Below are positions 20,283 to 31,658 of a stretch of DNA of 64,000 nucleotides, one piece after another. How positions within the stretch are numbered: the first letter of the stretch is position 1; every line of letters begins with the position of its first letter. Source of the DNA: Bacillales bacterium UBA5026 (GTDB lineage: Bacteria > Bacillota_I > Bacilli_A > RF39 > UBA660); NCBI GenBank assembly GCA_002416285.1, contig DICM01000030.1:2468-66467 (forward strand). Direction: 5' to 3'. The notes beneath the pieces were generated by a model. The model was not told where the DNA came from and did not search any database. It worked only from the letters and a program-made list of their open reading frames with translations. A program made the position numbers and the translations under genes.

Positions 20283-21308
20283 TTATCGTAATTTGTTGAC
20301 AGATTCCGTTTTTTCTATCTCTAACACGGATTGTAATTCCCGTAAATCGGAAATTGTCTGAAAAGGAATAATATCTGCCATATCAAGATAGGTTGGCCGA
20401 TAAGTTATTGTCTTTATACCATAAAATTGAAATAACGCTAAATACTGTGGATCATTAGTAAATGCGAAACATTTTTGTTTTTGCTGATAATTAAATTGTT
20501 CTAATGGAAGTTCTGATTCTAGTACATTAGAAGGTAATTCGATTGGAAACTGATTTGTTTTAAAATAATGAATGTTGTAATCATTTTGAAAAGATTTAAA
20601 ACTTTCTTCAATCTTTTCAAAACAAAAATTAGGATCCTGTTCAAAGTATCGATCAAATATATCAATATCTACAAATAAATTCTTGTTTCCATATTTTTGT
20701 TTTTTCTTCAATAAGGTCAAATTAGAAAAATCAGGTATTTGATGGGTTGGTAGTAAAAAAGAAGTAGATTTTTTCTTATCCTTTGAAAAAGAAAAGTGTA
20801 CTGGATACTTCTGCATTTGATATTTTACTAACTGCTCCCTCTCATCAGCTGTTTCTTTATGCCAATTTTCTATTAGACAAGTATCAATATTAACCTTTTT
20901 CATCGCTTGAATATGTAACATATCAGAAGATATAAACAAGATATTTTCAAAATGATTTGAATACTGTTTTATCATTATCTCCTGAAGTTCAAGAATTGCT
21001 AGTGAAGTATAAGGCTTTGTTTTTGAATACATTTCTTTTTCAACTAGACATTTTTTACTTGAAGTCATAAGATTATAGAAAGTTAAAAAATGACCATATT
21101 GATCTAAATGAAGCATCTGTAATCTTTGAAAAAAATCTCCATGCGAAAGCGTTCCAACAAAATAAATTTGATAATCTTTTTTTATTTTTTCTAAAGTAGA
21201 ATAAAAATTTTGATAAAACTGCTCATCTATCCCCCATTCTTTTATTTGTTTTTCGATACTATCAAAATCAATCCATAGAGCAGTATATTTGTTATACAAC
21301 GATTCCAT
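20283..21308 (-). CDS. Hypothetical protein
   Basis: 341-aa ORF that overlaps the miaB stop by 17 nt. No recognisable motifs. Confidence 0.35.
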   Translation of the reverse strand: MESLYNKYTALWIDFDSIEKQIKEWGIDEQFYQNFYSTLEKIKKDYQIYFVGTLSHGDFFQRLQMLHLDQYGHFLTFYNLMTSSKKCLVEKEMYSKTKPYTSLAILELQEIMIKQYSNHFENILFISSDMLHIQAMKKVNIDTCLIENWHKETADEREQLVKYQMQKYPVHFSFSKDKKKSTSFLLPTHQIPDFSNLTLLKKKQKYGNKNLFVDIDIFDRYFEQDPNFCFEKIEESFKSFQNDYNIHYFKTNQFPIELPSNVLESELPLEQFNYQQKQKCFAFTNDPQYLALFQFYGIKTITYRPTYLDMADIIPFQTISDLRELQSVLEIEKTESVNKLR

Positions 21309-22710
21309 CCATACTCCAAGTTTTTACTTCTGTAATTTTTACATTTACAATTTTACCAATCAAAGCTTCTGGTCCTTCAACATTGACTAATTTCATAGTA
21401 TCGGTATATCCCATTAGTTTTGTTGCATCTTTTTCACTAAATCCTTCAATTAAAACAGGAACCGTTTTGTCTTGATAACTATCATTTGCTTCTTTTGCAA
21501 ATTGATTGACAATCTTATTTAATCTTTGTAAACGATCGTTCTTTTCTTCCAGTGTAACGTTATCCTCCATTTTTGCGGCTGGAGTACCTACTCTTGGAGA
21601 GAAGATAAAAGTAAACGCTGAATCATAATGACATTTTTTTACAACGTCTAAAGTTTCCTCAAAGTCCTCTTCTGTTTCATTTGGGAAACCAACAATAATA
21701 TCAGTGGTAATAGAAACATTCGGAATCGCTTCTTTAAGTTTACGATGTAATTCTAAATATTGTTCTTTCGTATAACGTCTTCCCATTAATTTGAGGATGC
21801 GATTAGAACCAGATTGTAGTGGCAGATGAATGTAAGGCATAATATTAGGATTATTTTTAATAACTTCAATCATTTGATCAGTAAAATCCCAAGGATGGCT
21901 TGTTACAAAACGTACTCTACTAATTCCAGTTTTTGCAACATCTTCTAATAAATTCTCCATACGGTATCCACTTTTTAAATCTTTTCCATATGCATTTACA
22001 TTTTGTCCAAGAAGAGTAACTTCCTGATAACCATCTTTTACTAATTGCTCTACTTCCTTTAAAATAAATTCTGGATTTCTACTTCTTTGTTTTCCTCTCG
22101 TATATGGAACAATACAGTAAGTACAGAATTTATCACATCCATACATAATATTAATCCATGCTTTATATTTGCTATCTCGTTTAACTGGGATATTTTCAAT
22201 GATGTCTCCTTCGCCACTATAGACTTCGATTTCAATTTCCTTTTTGATTAAAGCTTCATTTAAAATTTGTGGAAGACGATGAATATTATGTGTACCAAAT
22301 ACAACATCTAAAAATCTAAATTTTTTCAAAATTTCATTTACAACAGCTTCTTCTTGTGCCATACATCCACAAATGCCCGTTACAATGTGTGGTTTTGATT
22401 CTTTCAAATGCTTCATTCTTCCAATCATACCAAATACCTTATTATGGGCATTTTCTCTAATTGCACAAGTATTTAATAAGATGAAATCCGCATCTTCCAT
22501 TGTTTCTGTCTCTGTATAAGACATGTCTTCGAGGATGGCTTTGATGTTTTCTCCGTCATGCTGATTCATTTGACATCCATATGTTTTTACAAAATATTTT
22601 TTATCTTTTCCAAGTTCTTTTAGATTCTCTGAAACGATATAATCATTCGTTTTTACTAATACTTCTTTATTTGAACGTTTCTTAGCTTCTAATAAATTTG
22701 GTGTTTGCAT
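21292..22710 (-). CDS. miaB: MiaB-family tRNA methylthiotransferase (radical SAM plus TRAM)
   Basis: N-terminal Cys triad (YGCQMN, NTCAIR, GCMAQ), radical SAM CDKFCTYC, C-terminal TRAM domain. Confidence 0.8.
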   Translation of the reverse strand: MQTPNLLEAKKRSNKEVLVKTNDYIVSENLKELGKDKKYFVKTYGCQMNQHDGENIKAILEDMSYTETETMEDADFILLNTCAIRENAHNKVFGMIGRMKHLKESKPHIVTGICGCMAQEEAVVNEILKKFRFLDVVFGTHNIHRLPQILNEALIKKEIEIEVYSGEGDIIENIPVKRDSKYKAWINIMYGCDKFCTYCIVPYTRGKQRSRNPEFILKEVEQLVKDGYQEVTLLGQNVNAYGKDLKSGYRMENLLEDVAKTGISRVRFVTSHPWDFTDQMIEVIKNNPNIMPYIHLPLQSGSNRILKLMGRRYTKEQYLELHRKLKEAIPNVSITTDIIVGFPNETEEDFEETLDVVKKCHYDSAFTFIFSPRVGTPAAKMEDNVTLEEKNDRLQRLNKIVNQFAKEANDSYQDKTVPVLIEGFSEKDATKLMGYTDTMKLVNVEGPEALIGKIVNVKITEVKTWSMDGIVV

Positions 22711-22808
22711 ATTATCACTTCTTTTCTTTCATTTGTTTATCTATAAAATAATAGCATAAAAGACTCATAAAGACAAGAATTTTATCGAACGTCAAAAAAA
22801 GGAATCGA

Positions 22809-22834
22809 TAAAAAAAGTAACCAAATGATTACTT
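22809..22834 (-). terminator. Terminator after the small ORF
   Basis: Minus strand reads AAGTAA-TCATTTGG-TTACTT followed by TTTTTTT. Confidence 0.5.
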
Positions 22835-22981
22835 TCGTTTCATATTTTTATTTTTTACAAAATTCTTTGCCTTGTCCTTTAGAGATCCTGTATAGTTAAT
22901 ATCTAATCTCTGTTTATACATATTCAGTGCTGCAATTTTAAAAGCAATTGATTGTAAAGGATTCACTTTACCATAGTTCAT
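22829..22981 (-). CDS. Unannotated small basic protein (50 aa)
   Basis: Hand-translated MNYGKVNPLQSIAFKIAALNMYKQRLDINYTGSLKDKAKNFVKNKNMKRK. A GGGGGAA RBS lies 7 nt upstream, and a hairpin plus T-run terminator follows directly. Confidence 0.35.
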   Translation of the reverse strand: MNYGKVNPLQSIAFKIAALNMYKQRLDINYTGSLKDKAKNFVKNKNMKRK

Positions 22982-23003
22982 ACCCATTCCCCCTGATTAA
23001 AAG

Positions 23004-23207
23004 TTATTTGTTCTTTTTATTTTTTAACAAGCTAACTTTTGGTTTCTTTTCTGCTTTGGTAGTTTCTTCTTTCGGAACTAATACCGGTCTTTTTTTAGAT
23101 CCTTTTTTACTTCTTTTATAAAGAGTGTACCCTGCTGCACCACTGGCTACTACTGCTCCTGTTACTGCTGCTGCAATTATTGCTTTGTTCTTTGTTTTCT
23201 TTTCCAT
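23004..23207 (-). CDS. Small Lys-rich single-TM protein
   Basis: 67 aa. A TM helix AIIAAAVTGAVVASGAAGYTLY is followed by a K-rich tail. Lies 11 nt after the dnaJ stop. Confidence 0.4.
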   Translation of the reverse strand: MEKKTKNKAIIAAAVTGAVVASGAAGYTLYKRSKKGSKKRPVLVPKEETTKAEKKPKVSLLKNKKNK

Positions 23208-23218
23208 ATATTTCCTTT

Positions 23219-24328
23219 CTATAAATACTTTCTAAAATTTTTAAATTCAGAACTATCATCTAAATCAGTATTCTCTAATTTTTCAAATAACTGTTTTTGT
23301 TCTTTTGAAAGTTTCTTTGGTATTACTACATTAATTATAACATACATATCGCCTTTTCTCCCACTATTTGGATTTTCGGCTCCTTTTCCTTTTAAACGAT
23401 GTTTCTCACCAGTACTAGATCCTGCTGGAATTACTAATTTCACAGTTCCCTCAAGAGTTGGAATTTCTTTTTTACATCCTAGAACTGCTTCTGAAATTGT
23501 AAGTGGAAGTGTTAGATAAATATCATTTCCATCACGTTCAAAAAGATCATGTTCTTCTACTACAAATTCAACGTATAAATCTCCATTAGGACCACCATTT
23601 AACCCAGCTTCACCTTTACCAGGAAGACGCAATCTATTTCCAGATGCGACTCCTGCAGGTACTTTTACATTTAATTCTTTTTGCTCTTTTATTCTACCTG
23701 AGCCTTTGCATTTACTACAAGTTTTATCGTATGTTTTTCCTTTTCCCTTACATCTGGAACAAGTTGTTCTAGTCATGAAAGAGCCAAATAATGTTCTTTG
23801 TTCTGATGTTGTTTGACCACTTCCATGGCAATCTGGACAAGTCGTTTCTCCAAATCCGCCTTTTCCATCACATTCAGGACAAGTAGTCATCAAATCTACT
23901 TTGATTGTTTTAGTACAACCATGAATTGCTTCTTCGAAAGATAAATTCATTCTTACTAAGGAATCACTTCCCTTAGAACGACTGCTTCCGCCACCGAACG
24001 AACTTCCTCCAAAACCGAATCCACCAAAACTTCCTCCAAATAAATCTCCGAAGATATCGGAAAAATCAAACCCTGAAAAGTCAAATCCAGCTCCACCATT
24101 ATTTCCTTCAAAAGCAGAATGACCATACCGGTCATATTGCGCTCTTTTATCAGCATCTGATAAAACTGCGTAAGCTTCTTGGGCTTCTTTAAATTTTTCA
24201 GCGGCATCTGCCTCTTTGTTAACATCCGGGTGGTACTGCTTTGCTAGTTTACGGAAAGCACTTTTTATTTCCGTATCACTTGCTGTTTTAGAAACACCTA
24301 GTATTTCATAATAATCTCGTTTGCTCAT
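23219..24328 (-). CDS. dnaJ: Chaperone DnaJ
   Basis: J-domain with HPD, G/F region, four CxxCxGxG repeats. The true start is the ATG ([12 protein letters not shown]) with a GAGGTGA RBS. Confidence 0.95.
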   Translation of the reverse strand: MSKRDYYEILGVSKTASDTEIKSAFRKLAKQYHPDVNKEADAAEKFKEAQEAYAVLSDADKRAQYDRYGHSAFEGNNGGAGFDFSGFDFSDIFGDLFGGSFGGFGFGGSSFGGGSSRSKGSDSLVRMNLSFEEAIHGCTKTIKVDLMTTCPECDGKGGFGETTCPDCHGSGQTTSEQRTLFGSFMTRTTCSRCKGKGKTYDKTCSKCKGSGRIKEQKELNVKVPAGVASGNRLRLPGKGEAGLNGGPNGDLYVEFVVEEHDLFERDGNDIYLTLPLTISEAVLGCKKEIPTLEGTVKLVIPAGSSTGEKHRLKGKGAENPNSGRKGDMYVIINVVIPKKLSKEQKQLFEKLENTDLDDSSEFKNFRKYL

Positions 24329-24341
24329 ACTTCTCACCTCA

Positions 24342-26141
24342 CTACATTTTTTCTGTTAATTTTTTTAATTCCTCAAAAGCTGATTGGAATTCTAGAATAG
24401 AACTCTCAATTACTTCTGGTTTCGTTAAGTCAACCCCCGCTATTTTCAAAGAGTCAAGCGGTGATAATTTACTTCCCACTTTTAAGAATTCCAAATAATC
24501 ATGAACAGCATTTTCTTCTTTATTTAAAATTCTTCTCACGATATGCGTAGCTGCTGAAATACCAGTCGCATACTTATACACATAGAAGTAATAGAAGAAA
24601 TGTGGAATCCTTTCCCATTCATATCTAATTTCATCATCGATAACAACACTAGGTCCAAAATAATCTTGAACAAGTTCATAATACGTGTCACATAGATAAT
24701 CACTAGTCAACACAGTACCATTTTCCGATGCCTGATAGAACTTTTCTTCAAATTCAGCAAACATTGTTTGACGATAAAGTGTCGCTTTATATAAATCTAA
24801 TTTTTGATTCAATAAATACATTTTTTCTAGGTCATTCTCACTATGCTCATAAAGATAATGCGATAGCAATAATTCGTTTACCGTAGAAGCGACTTCTGCT
24901 ACAAATATCTTATAGTCACCAGTGATATAAGGATTATTTTTTCTTGCATAATAACTATGCATAGAATGACCCATCTCGTGAATGAGAGTAGATACATCAT
25001 CGTATTCTCCATTATAATTTAGTAATATATAAGGATATGTATCGTAGGCGCCTCCAGAGTAAGCACCACCTCTTTTTCCTTTATTTGGGAATATATCAAT
25101 CCAATGATCTTTAAATGCGCGTTTTACACACGATACATATTCCTCTCCAAAGATAGATAAAACATTTAAAATTATCTCTTTTGCTTCTTGAAAAGAGTAA
25201 TTTTTCTTATATTCTGGAACTAGTTCTACTCCAGTATCGTATAAATGAAATTCATCTAATTTCAAGTATTGTTTCTTGAATGAGAAATAATCATATAATA
25301 CACTTAAATTATCTCTTACTGTTTTTATTAAATTATGATAGACATCCGTTGTAATTTCTTCATCAAACAAAGATGCTTCTAAATTACTTGGATAATTTCG
25401 GATCATTCTTAAGGTATTTGATTCTTCTACCATTCCTGCGAGTGAATTGGCAAAAACATTTTTAAATTGTTTTAATGTATGATACATCTTCATAAAGGCA
25501 TCTTTGCGGACATCACGGTTTTGATCGAGAATAAATTTTCTAAAATTACTATCGGTCAATTCTATCTCTGTTCCGTCTTTATGAACAAATCCATATTTTA
25601 AATCGGAATCAAGGAGAATAGAAGATGCTTCTGATGCATAACCAGTCATTCTACCCACTTTTGCCATCAATAATTCTTCATTCTCTTTTAAATAATGCTT
25701 CTGATAACGAAATAATTCCTTAAAATAACTATCAAAATATTCTAATTTTGGTTCAACTTTATAAAAAGATTGAATAAAATTATAATCTTTTTTTAGAATT
25801 GTCGGATTTAAATAAGATGTTGTCTCACTTAACGTAGATTCTAATTTTGACACTCGTTCCACATAAGCTTGATAATGATTATTGGATGTATCTTCATCAC
25901 TTCGTTGATGAGAATACGTTTGCAATTTATCTAACTTTCTATTTAAATCTTCTAATTTTTCTAAGCGTTCTTTTAGTTCGCCTGGTTTATTAACAAAAGT
26001 ATCATTTTGTTTCGGATAATCTTTTATTTCTTCTTCAAGTAACTGGAAAGCTTTTTCAAATTCTTCATCATTTTTAAAGATTGGAGTTAAATCCCACATA
26101 TCCTCTACATTTATCTGACTTCTTAGTTTTTGTTCTTCCAT
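24342..26141 (-). CDS. pepF: Oligoendopeptidase F (M3B family), copy 1
   Basis: HEMGHSMH zinc motif. Start at MEEQK with a GAGAGGAA RBS. Confidence 0.85.
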   Translation of the reverse strand: MEEQKLRSQINVEDMWDLTPIFKNDEEFEKAFQLLEEEIKDYPKQNDTFVNKPGELKERLEKLEDLNRKLDKLQTYSHQRSDEDTSNNHYQAYVERVSKLESTLSETTSYLNPTILKKDYNFIQSFYKVEPKLEYFDSYFKELFRYQKHYLKENEELLMAKVGRMTGYASEASSILLDSDLKYGFVHKDGTEIELTDSNFRKFILDQNRDVRKDAFMKMYHTLKQFKNVFANSLAGMVEESNTLRMIRNYPSNLEASLFDEEITTDVYHNLIKTVRDNLSVLYDYFSFKKQYLKLDEFHLYDTGVELVPEYKKNYSFQEAKEIILNVLSIFGEEYVSCVKRAFKDHWIDIFPNKGKRGGAYSGGAYDTYPYILLNYNGEYDDVSTLIHEMGHSMHSYYARKNNPYITGDYKIFVAEVASTVNELLLSHYLYEHSENDLEKMYLLNQKLDLYKATLYRQTMFAEFEEKFYQASENGTVLTSDYLCDTYYELVQDYFGPSVVIDDEIRYEWERIPHFFYYFYVYKYATGISAATHIVRRILNKEENAVHDYLEFLKVGSKLSPLDSLKIAGVDLTKPEVIESSILEFQSAFEELKKLTEKM

Positions 26142-26142
26142 A

Positions 26143-27942
26143 TTAGTTCCTCTCATTATAAAGTATTCTAAACTGCTTAATTAAACTTTGAAAATAATCT
26201 AAGGCATCCATAATTGTTTCTTTTTTTGTCATATCGACACCAGCTATCTTTAGTTCTTCAATTGCTGGAAGCGTTCCTCCTAGTGTTAAGAATTTTAAAT
26301 AGTTTTCCTTTGCGTTATCTTTATTTTCTAATATTGCGGTTGCAATTTTAGAGGCAGCTGATAATCCTGTTGCATATTGATATACATAAAAATTCATATA
26401 GAAGTGAGGAATTTTCGACCACTCACTTTTAATTTCTTCATCAATTATAACATCTGATCCAAAATATAATTTTACTAAATCATAGTAGATTGATTCTAAT
26501 GTATCAGCAGTTAATGAATCTCCATTTTCAACTTTTTCATAGAATAATTTTTCTGCTTCAGCAAACATCGCTTGACGATAAATGGTTGCTTTAAATAGTT
26601 CCATTTGTTGATTTAAGATCATCAACTTTTCATTTTTATCAGCACTATGTTTCAACATGTAATCATTAAATAATAATTCATTTGTTGTCGAAGCAACTTC
26701 AGCAACGAATATTTTATAAGCGTAGTCCTGATAAGAATTATTTTGAATTGATAAATAGGAATGAATCGAATGCCCTATTTCATGAGCAAGGGTACTGACA
26801 TCATGATAGGTTCCTTCAAAATTTGTTAGAATATATGGTTTGGAATCATAACATCCCCAAGAATAAGCTCCTGGTCTTTTTCCCGTATTTGGATATTTAT
26901 CAATCCAGCCTTCCTCAAAAGCCTTTTTTACGAGTTCTTGATACTCTGAGCCAAGTGCTCCTAGAGCATCGATTACTAGTTCCTTGGCTTCATCAAACGT
27001 ATATTTTTTTTCTTCTTTTAATTTTATTAGGTCTATATATACATCATAGAGATGTAATTCAGATAGTCCTAATACTTCTTTTTTCAATTTATAATAATCA
27101 TATAGTATCGGTAAGGTTTCGTGAATTCCTTCTAACAATTGATCATAAATTTTTATATCGATTTCATTCTTAAAAAGAGCCATATCACGAGCACTATCGA
27201 AGTGATAGAGTTCTGCCAATTTCACATGTTTTTCTACTTCAGAGTTATAAAGGGACGCTAATGTATTTCTCATTTCATAATATCGGTTATGTAGTTGTTT
27301 AAATACCGTCTTTCTAAGTTCTCGATCTCTCGATTTTATTAGTTTCGCATAATTGGTATTAGTAAGTTCAATTTCTTTTCCTTTTTCATCCGTGACCTTG
27401 CCGAATGTTAAATCACTATTTCGTAAAGCATAAGAGCTATCCTTTCCCGTGTTTAAAATATTGGAAAGTTTTGAAATAATCTTCTCTTCTTTTTCTGATA
27501 GAGTATGATCTTTTATACGATAAACTAAAGATAGAGATCTCTTATATTTTTTTAGTTGCGGCAGTTCTTCCATATAGTTTTCAATTGTTTCCCAACTTCC
27601 TCTTAAAAGTTCTGGTCTAAGATAGGAATACTCCACGGATAATTTGGTTTGAAGGTCTATCATCTTATTTTTTAACTGAACCGATTCACCATTCGTGGAA
27701 TCAGTATCAAAATTAAGCATAGCATAAATCACTACTTTATCAAGTAGTCTCGATAGTTGATTATCCGTCTCTAAAGTTTCAAGTAGGTTACTGGAGCTTT
27801 CTAATACTTTTCCTTTATATTTTGATAAATCTTGTATATGGTCAACTAAATATTGATAGTCTTTCATTAACTCATCCGTACTAGCATACATTTCTTCAAT
27901 TGCCCATTTATCTTCTGACCTTACCTCAGCTCTTTTTACCAT
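26143..27942 (-). CDS. pepF: Oligoendopeptidase F (M3B family), copy 2, a tandem paralog
   Basis: HEIGHSIH zinc motif. Collinear similarity to copy 1 throughout. Confidence 0.85.
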   Translation of the reverse strand: MVKRAEVRSEDKWAIEEMYASTDELMKDYQYLVDHIQDLSKYKGKVLESSSNLLETLETDNQLSRLLDKVVIYAMLNFDTDSTNGESVQLKNKMIDLQTKLSVEYSYLRPELLRGSWETIENYMEELPQLKKYKRSLSLVYRIKDHTLSEKEEKIISKLSNILNTGKDSSYALRNSDLTFGKVTDEKGKEIELTNTNYAKLIKSRDRELRKTVFKQLHNRYYEMRNTLASLYNSEVEKHVKLAELYHFDSARDMALFKNEIDIKIYDQLLEGIHETLPILYDYYKLKKEVLGLSELHLYDVYIDLIKLKEEKKYTFDEAKELVIDALGALGSEYQELVKKAFEEGWIDKYPNTGKRPGAYSWGCYDSKPYILTNFEGTYHDVSTLAHEIGHSIHSYLSIQNNSYQDYAYKIFVAEVASTTNELLFNDYMLKHSADKNEKLMILNQQMELFKATIYRQAMFAEAEKLFYEKVENGDSLTADTLESIYYDLVKLYFGSDVIIDEEIKSEWSKIPHFYMNFYVYQYATGLSAASKIATAILENKDNAKENYLKFLTLGGTLPAIEELKIAGVDMTKKETIMDALDYFQSLIKQFRILYNERN

Positions 27943-27992
27943 ATATTCCTCCTCTGGATAGAGCGAAAGTTCTAGTCTCCTAGAACTTCCTA

Positions 27993-29813
<1,821 letters not shown>

Positions 29814-30452
29814 CTATTCGCTTACCTTGACCATAGCAGGTCTAATAATTCTATCTTTTAATAAATATCCCTTTTGTAAAACTTCTAGAACCATACCAGG
29901 TTCTACCCCTTCTACTACCTCTGTTAATACAGCTTGATGGTAGGTTGGGTCAAAAGGTTTATTGTTGCCATCAATTGCCTTTACTTCAAAACTTTCCAAA
30001 ATAGATGTTAAATTACAATAAATCATCTTGAATCCTTCTAAAAATTTAGATACTTCATCTTGAAGATTATCATCATCCATTTTAATTGCTCTTTCGAAGT
30101 TATCTACAATTGGCAGTAATTGTTTTACAATTTCTTCGTTACTATATTTTAGAAGTTTTGAAACTTCATCTTCTTTTCTTTTTCGGTAATTGATAAGTTC
30201 TGCTTTTTCTCGTAGTACTTTTTCCTCTAGTTCGGAAATTTGTTTTTGAAACTCATCATTGTTTTTTTCTGCTTTATGTTTTTTGTGTTTTTCACTATGA
30301 TGATCACTAGATTCTTCTGGGTTCCCACTACAGTTGCATTCTCCATCATGATTTTCATCATGACAAGAACATTCTTCTTCACAGTTGTACTGTTCTTTAT
30401 TTAATGTTTCTTCTTTCGTAGTGTTTTCTTCGTTATTCATATCTTTGTTCAT
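29814..30452 (-). CDS. grpE: Nucleotide exchange factor GrpE with an N-terminal Cys/His-rich extension
   Basis: The C-terminal 150 aa are GrpE-like. The N-terminus contains CEEECSCHDENHDGECNCSG...DHHSEKHKKHK. Confidence 0.85.
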   Translation of the reverse strand: MNKDMNNEENTTKEETLNKEQYNCEEECSCHDENHDGECNCSGNPEESSDHHSEKHKKHKAEKNNDEFQKQISELEEKVLREKAELINYRKRKEDEVSKLLKYSNEEIVKQLLPIVDNFERAIKMDDDNLQDEVSKFLEGFKMIYCNLTSILESFEVKAIDGNNKPFDPTYHQAVLTEVVEGVEPGMVLEVLQKGYLLKDRIIRPAMVKVSE

Positions 30453-30491
30453 GAACAACCTCCTATTCTATTATGGTATTAAATCTTTCTT

Positions 30492-31484
30492 TTAATCATT
30501 CATATGATCAGTAATGTAATTTAAAAGTGCAGTAACACGATCATATTCCATTCGCTTTGGACCAATTAAAGCAATCGTTCCTTCTTCACCACCTAAAGAG
30601 TACTTTGTCTTAATGATTGTAACATCTTTATCAAATCCAGTTTCAGAACCAATATAGATATTAATTCCACTGTCTTCTTCTTTGATGTTATCAATCAATT
30701 CTTGGTCTTCAAACTTTTCTAAAATATCACGGATTTTTTCAGCATCATCATGAAATTCTGGTTGTTTTAAAATGTTGTTTGTTCCTTGAAATTTTACATT
30801 TGTAGAACTTGTAAATGTATTGAATGCATCATAGAACGCATGATATAAAACCTCATGTTGTTTTACATACATATTGATGACTGGTTTGACTTCTAATTCT
30901 AGTTTGCCACTTACTTCATCAATTGGAGTTCCAACAATAATTTTATTGATAATATCAACAGTTTGTTTTACTTCATCTAAAGATACTGGCTCTTCAATCG
31001 TCATTGTTCGATGCTCTACATGACCTTGATCGGTAATGACAAGAGCAATCATCTTCATATCGTTTAGTGGAACTACTTCAATTCGACTAACACGATTAAA
31101 TGAGGATGATGTTCCAAGTACAACTGCAGTATAATTAGTAAGTTCTGAAATAATCTTCATACTAGTGGTTACCACATCACTCAGTGCGAGTGTTTGATTA
31201 CTAAGTATTACTTGCAGTTTGGAAAGATCTTCTTCCGACAAATCTTTCGGTTTCATAATATGATCGACATAATAGCGATATCCTTTTTCACTAGGAATTC
31301 GCCCAGAAGAAGTATGTGTCTTTTCTAGTAGACCAGAATCTTCTAATGCTGACATTTCGCTACGGATAGTCGCGCTAGAACAGTTCATATCTTCACATAA
31401 AGATTTTGAACTAACTGGTTTTACAGTTCTTACATATTCTTCAATGATTCGTTTTAATAATTCAGTTTGTCTTGAACTAATCAT
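30492..31484 (-). CDS. hrcA: Heat-inducible transcription repressor HrcA
   Basis: N-terminal winged HTH. Sits upstream of grpE-dnaK-dnaJ. A CIRCE element lies in its promoter. Confidence 0.9.
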   Translation of the reverse strand: MISSRQTELLKRIIEEYVRTVKPVSSKSLCEDMNCSSATIRSEMSALEDSGLLEKTHTSSGRIPSEKGYRYYVDHIMKPKDLSEEDLSKLQVILSNQTLALSDVVTTSMKIISELTNYTAVVLGTSSSFNRVSRIEVVPLNDMKMIALVITDQGHVEHRTMTIEEPVSLDEVKQTVDIINKIIVGTPIDEVSGKLELEVKPVINMYVKQHEVLYHAFYDAFNTFTSSTNVKFQGTNNILKQPEFHDDAEKIRDILEKFEDQELIDNIKEEDSGINIYIGSETGFDKDVTIIKTKYSLGGEEGTIALIGPKRMEYDRVTALLNYITDHMND

Positions 31485-31524
31485 ATTATCACCTAAGCAC
31501 TCTTTCTATTTGATTGCCATTATC

Positions 31525-31553
31525 ATTATATTACATCATATTAGCATTGTCAA
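31525..31553 (-). promoter_or_regulatory. hrcA sigma-A promoter
   Basis: Minus strand reads TTGACA-N17-TATAAT. The -35 lies inside the CIRCE element. Confidence 0.65.
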
Positions 31554-31567
31554 CTGATGAGTGCTAA
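31541..31567. promoter_or_regulatory. CIRCE operator (HrcA binding site)
   Basis: TTAGCATTG-N9-GAGTGCTAA against the consensus TTAGCACTC-N9-GAGTGCTAA. Confidence 0.8.
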
Positions 31568-31612
31568 AAAAGTGCAATTTTCATAATTTTCCATAATTTA
31601 TTAAAAAAATAA

Positions 31613-31644
31613 AGACGTGAAATGAATCACGTCTGTTTATGTTT
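31613..31644 (-). terminator. Terminator after the pilin-like gene
   Basis: Minus strand reads AGACGTGA-TTCATT-TCACGTCT followed by TTTATTTTTTT. Confidence 0.55.
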
Positions 31645-31658
31645 TATATTTTTAAAAA

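Noticed and set aside
23956-24225. 89-aa ORF inside dnaJ on the same strand, in a different frame
   Set aside because: It lies entirely within the well-supported dnaJ CDS, in the Gly/Phe-rich region.
31496-31520. A second CIRCE half-site (TAAGCACTC) upstream of hrcA
   Set aside because: There is no matching inverted partner at the N9 spacing, so only one complete CIRCE is present.
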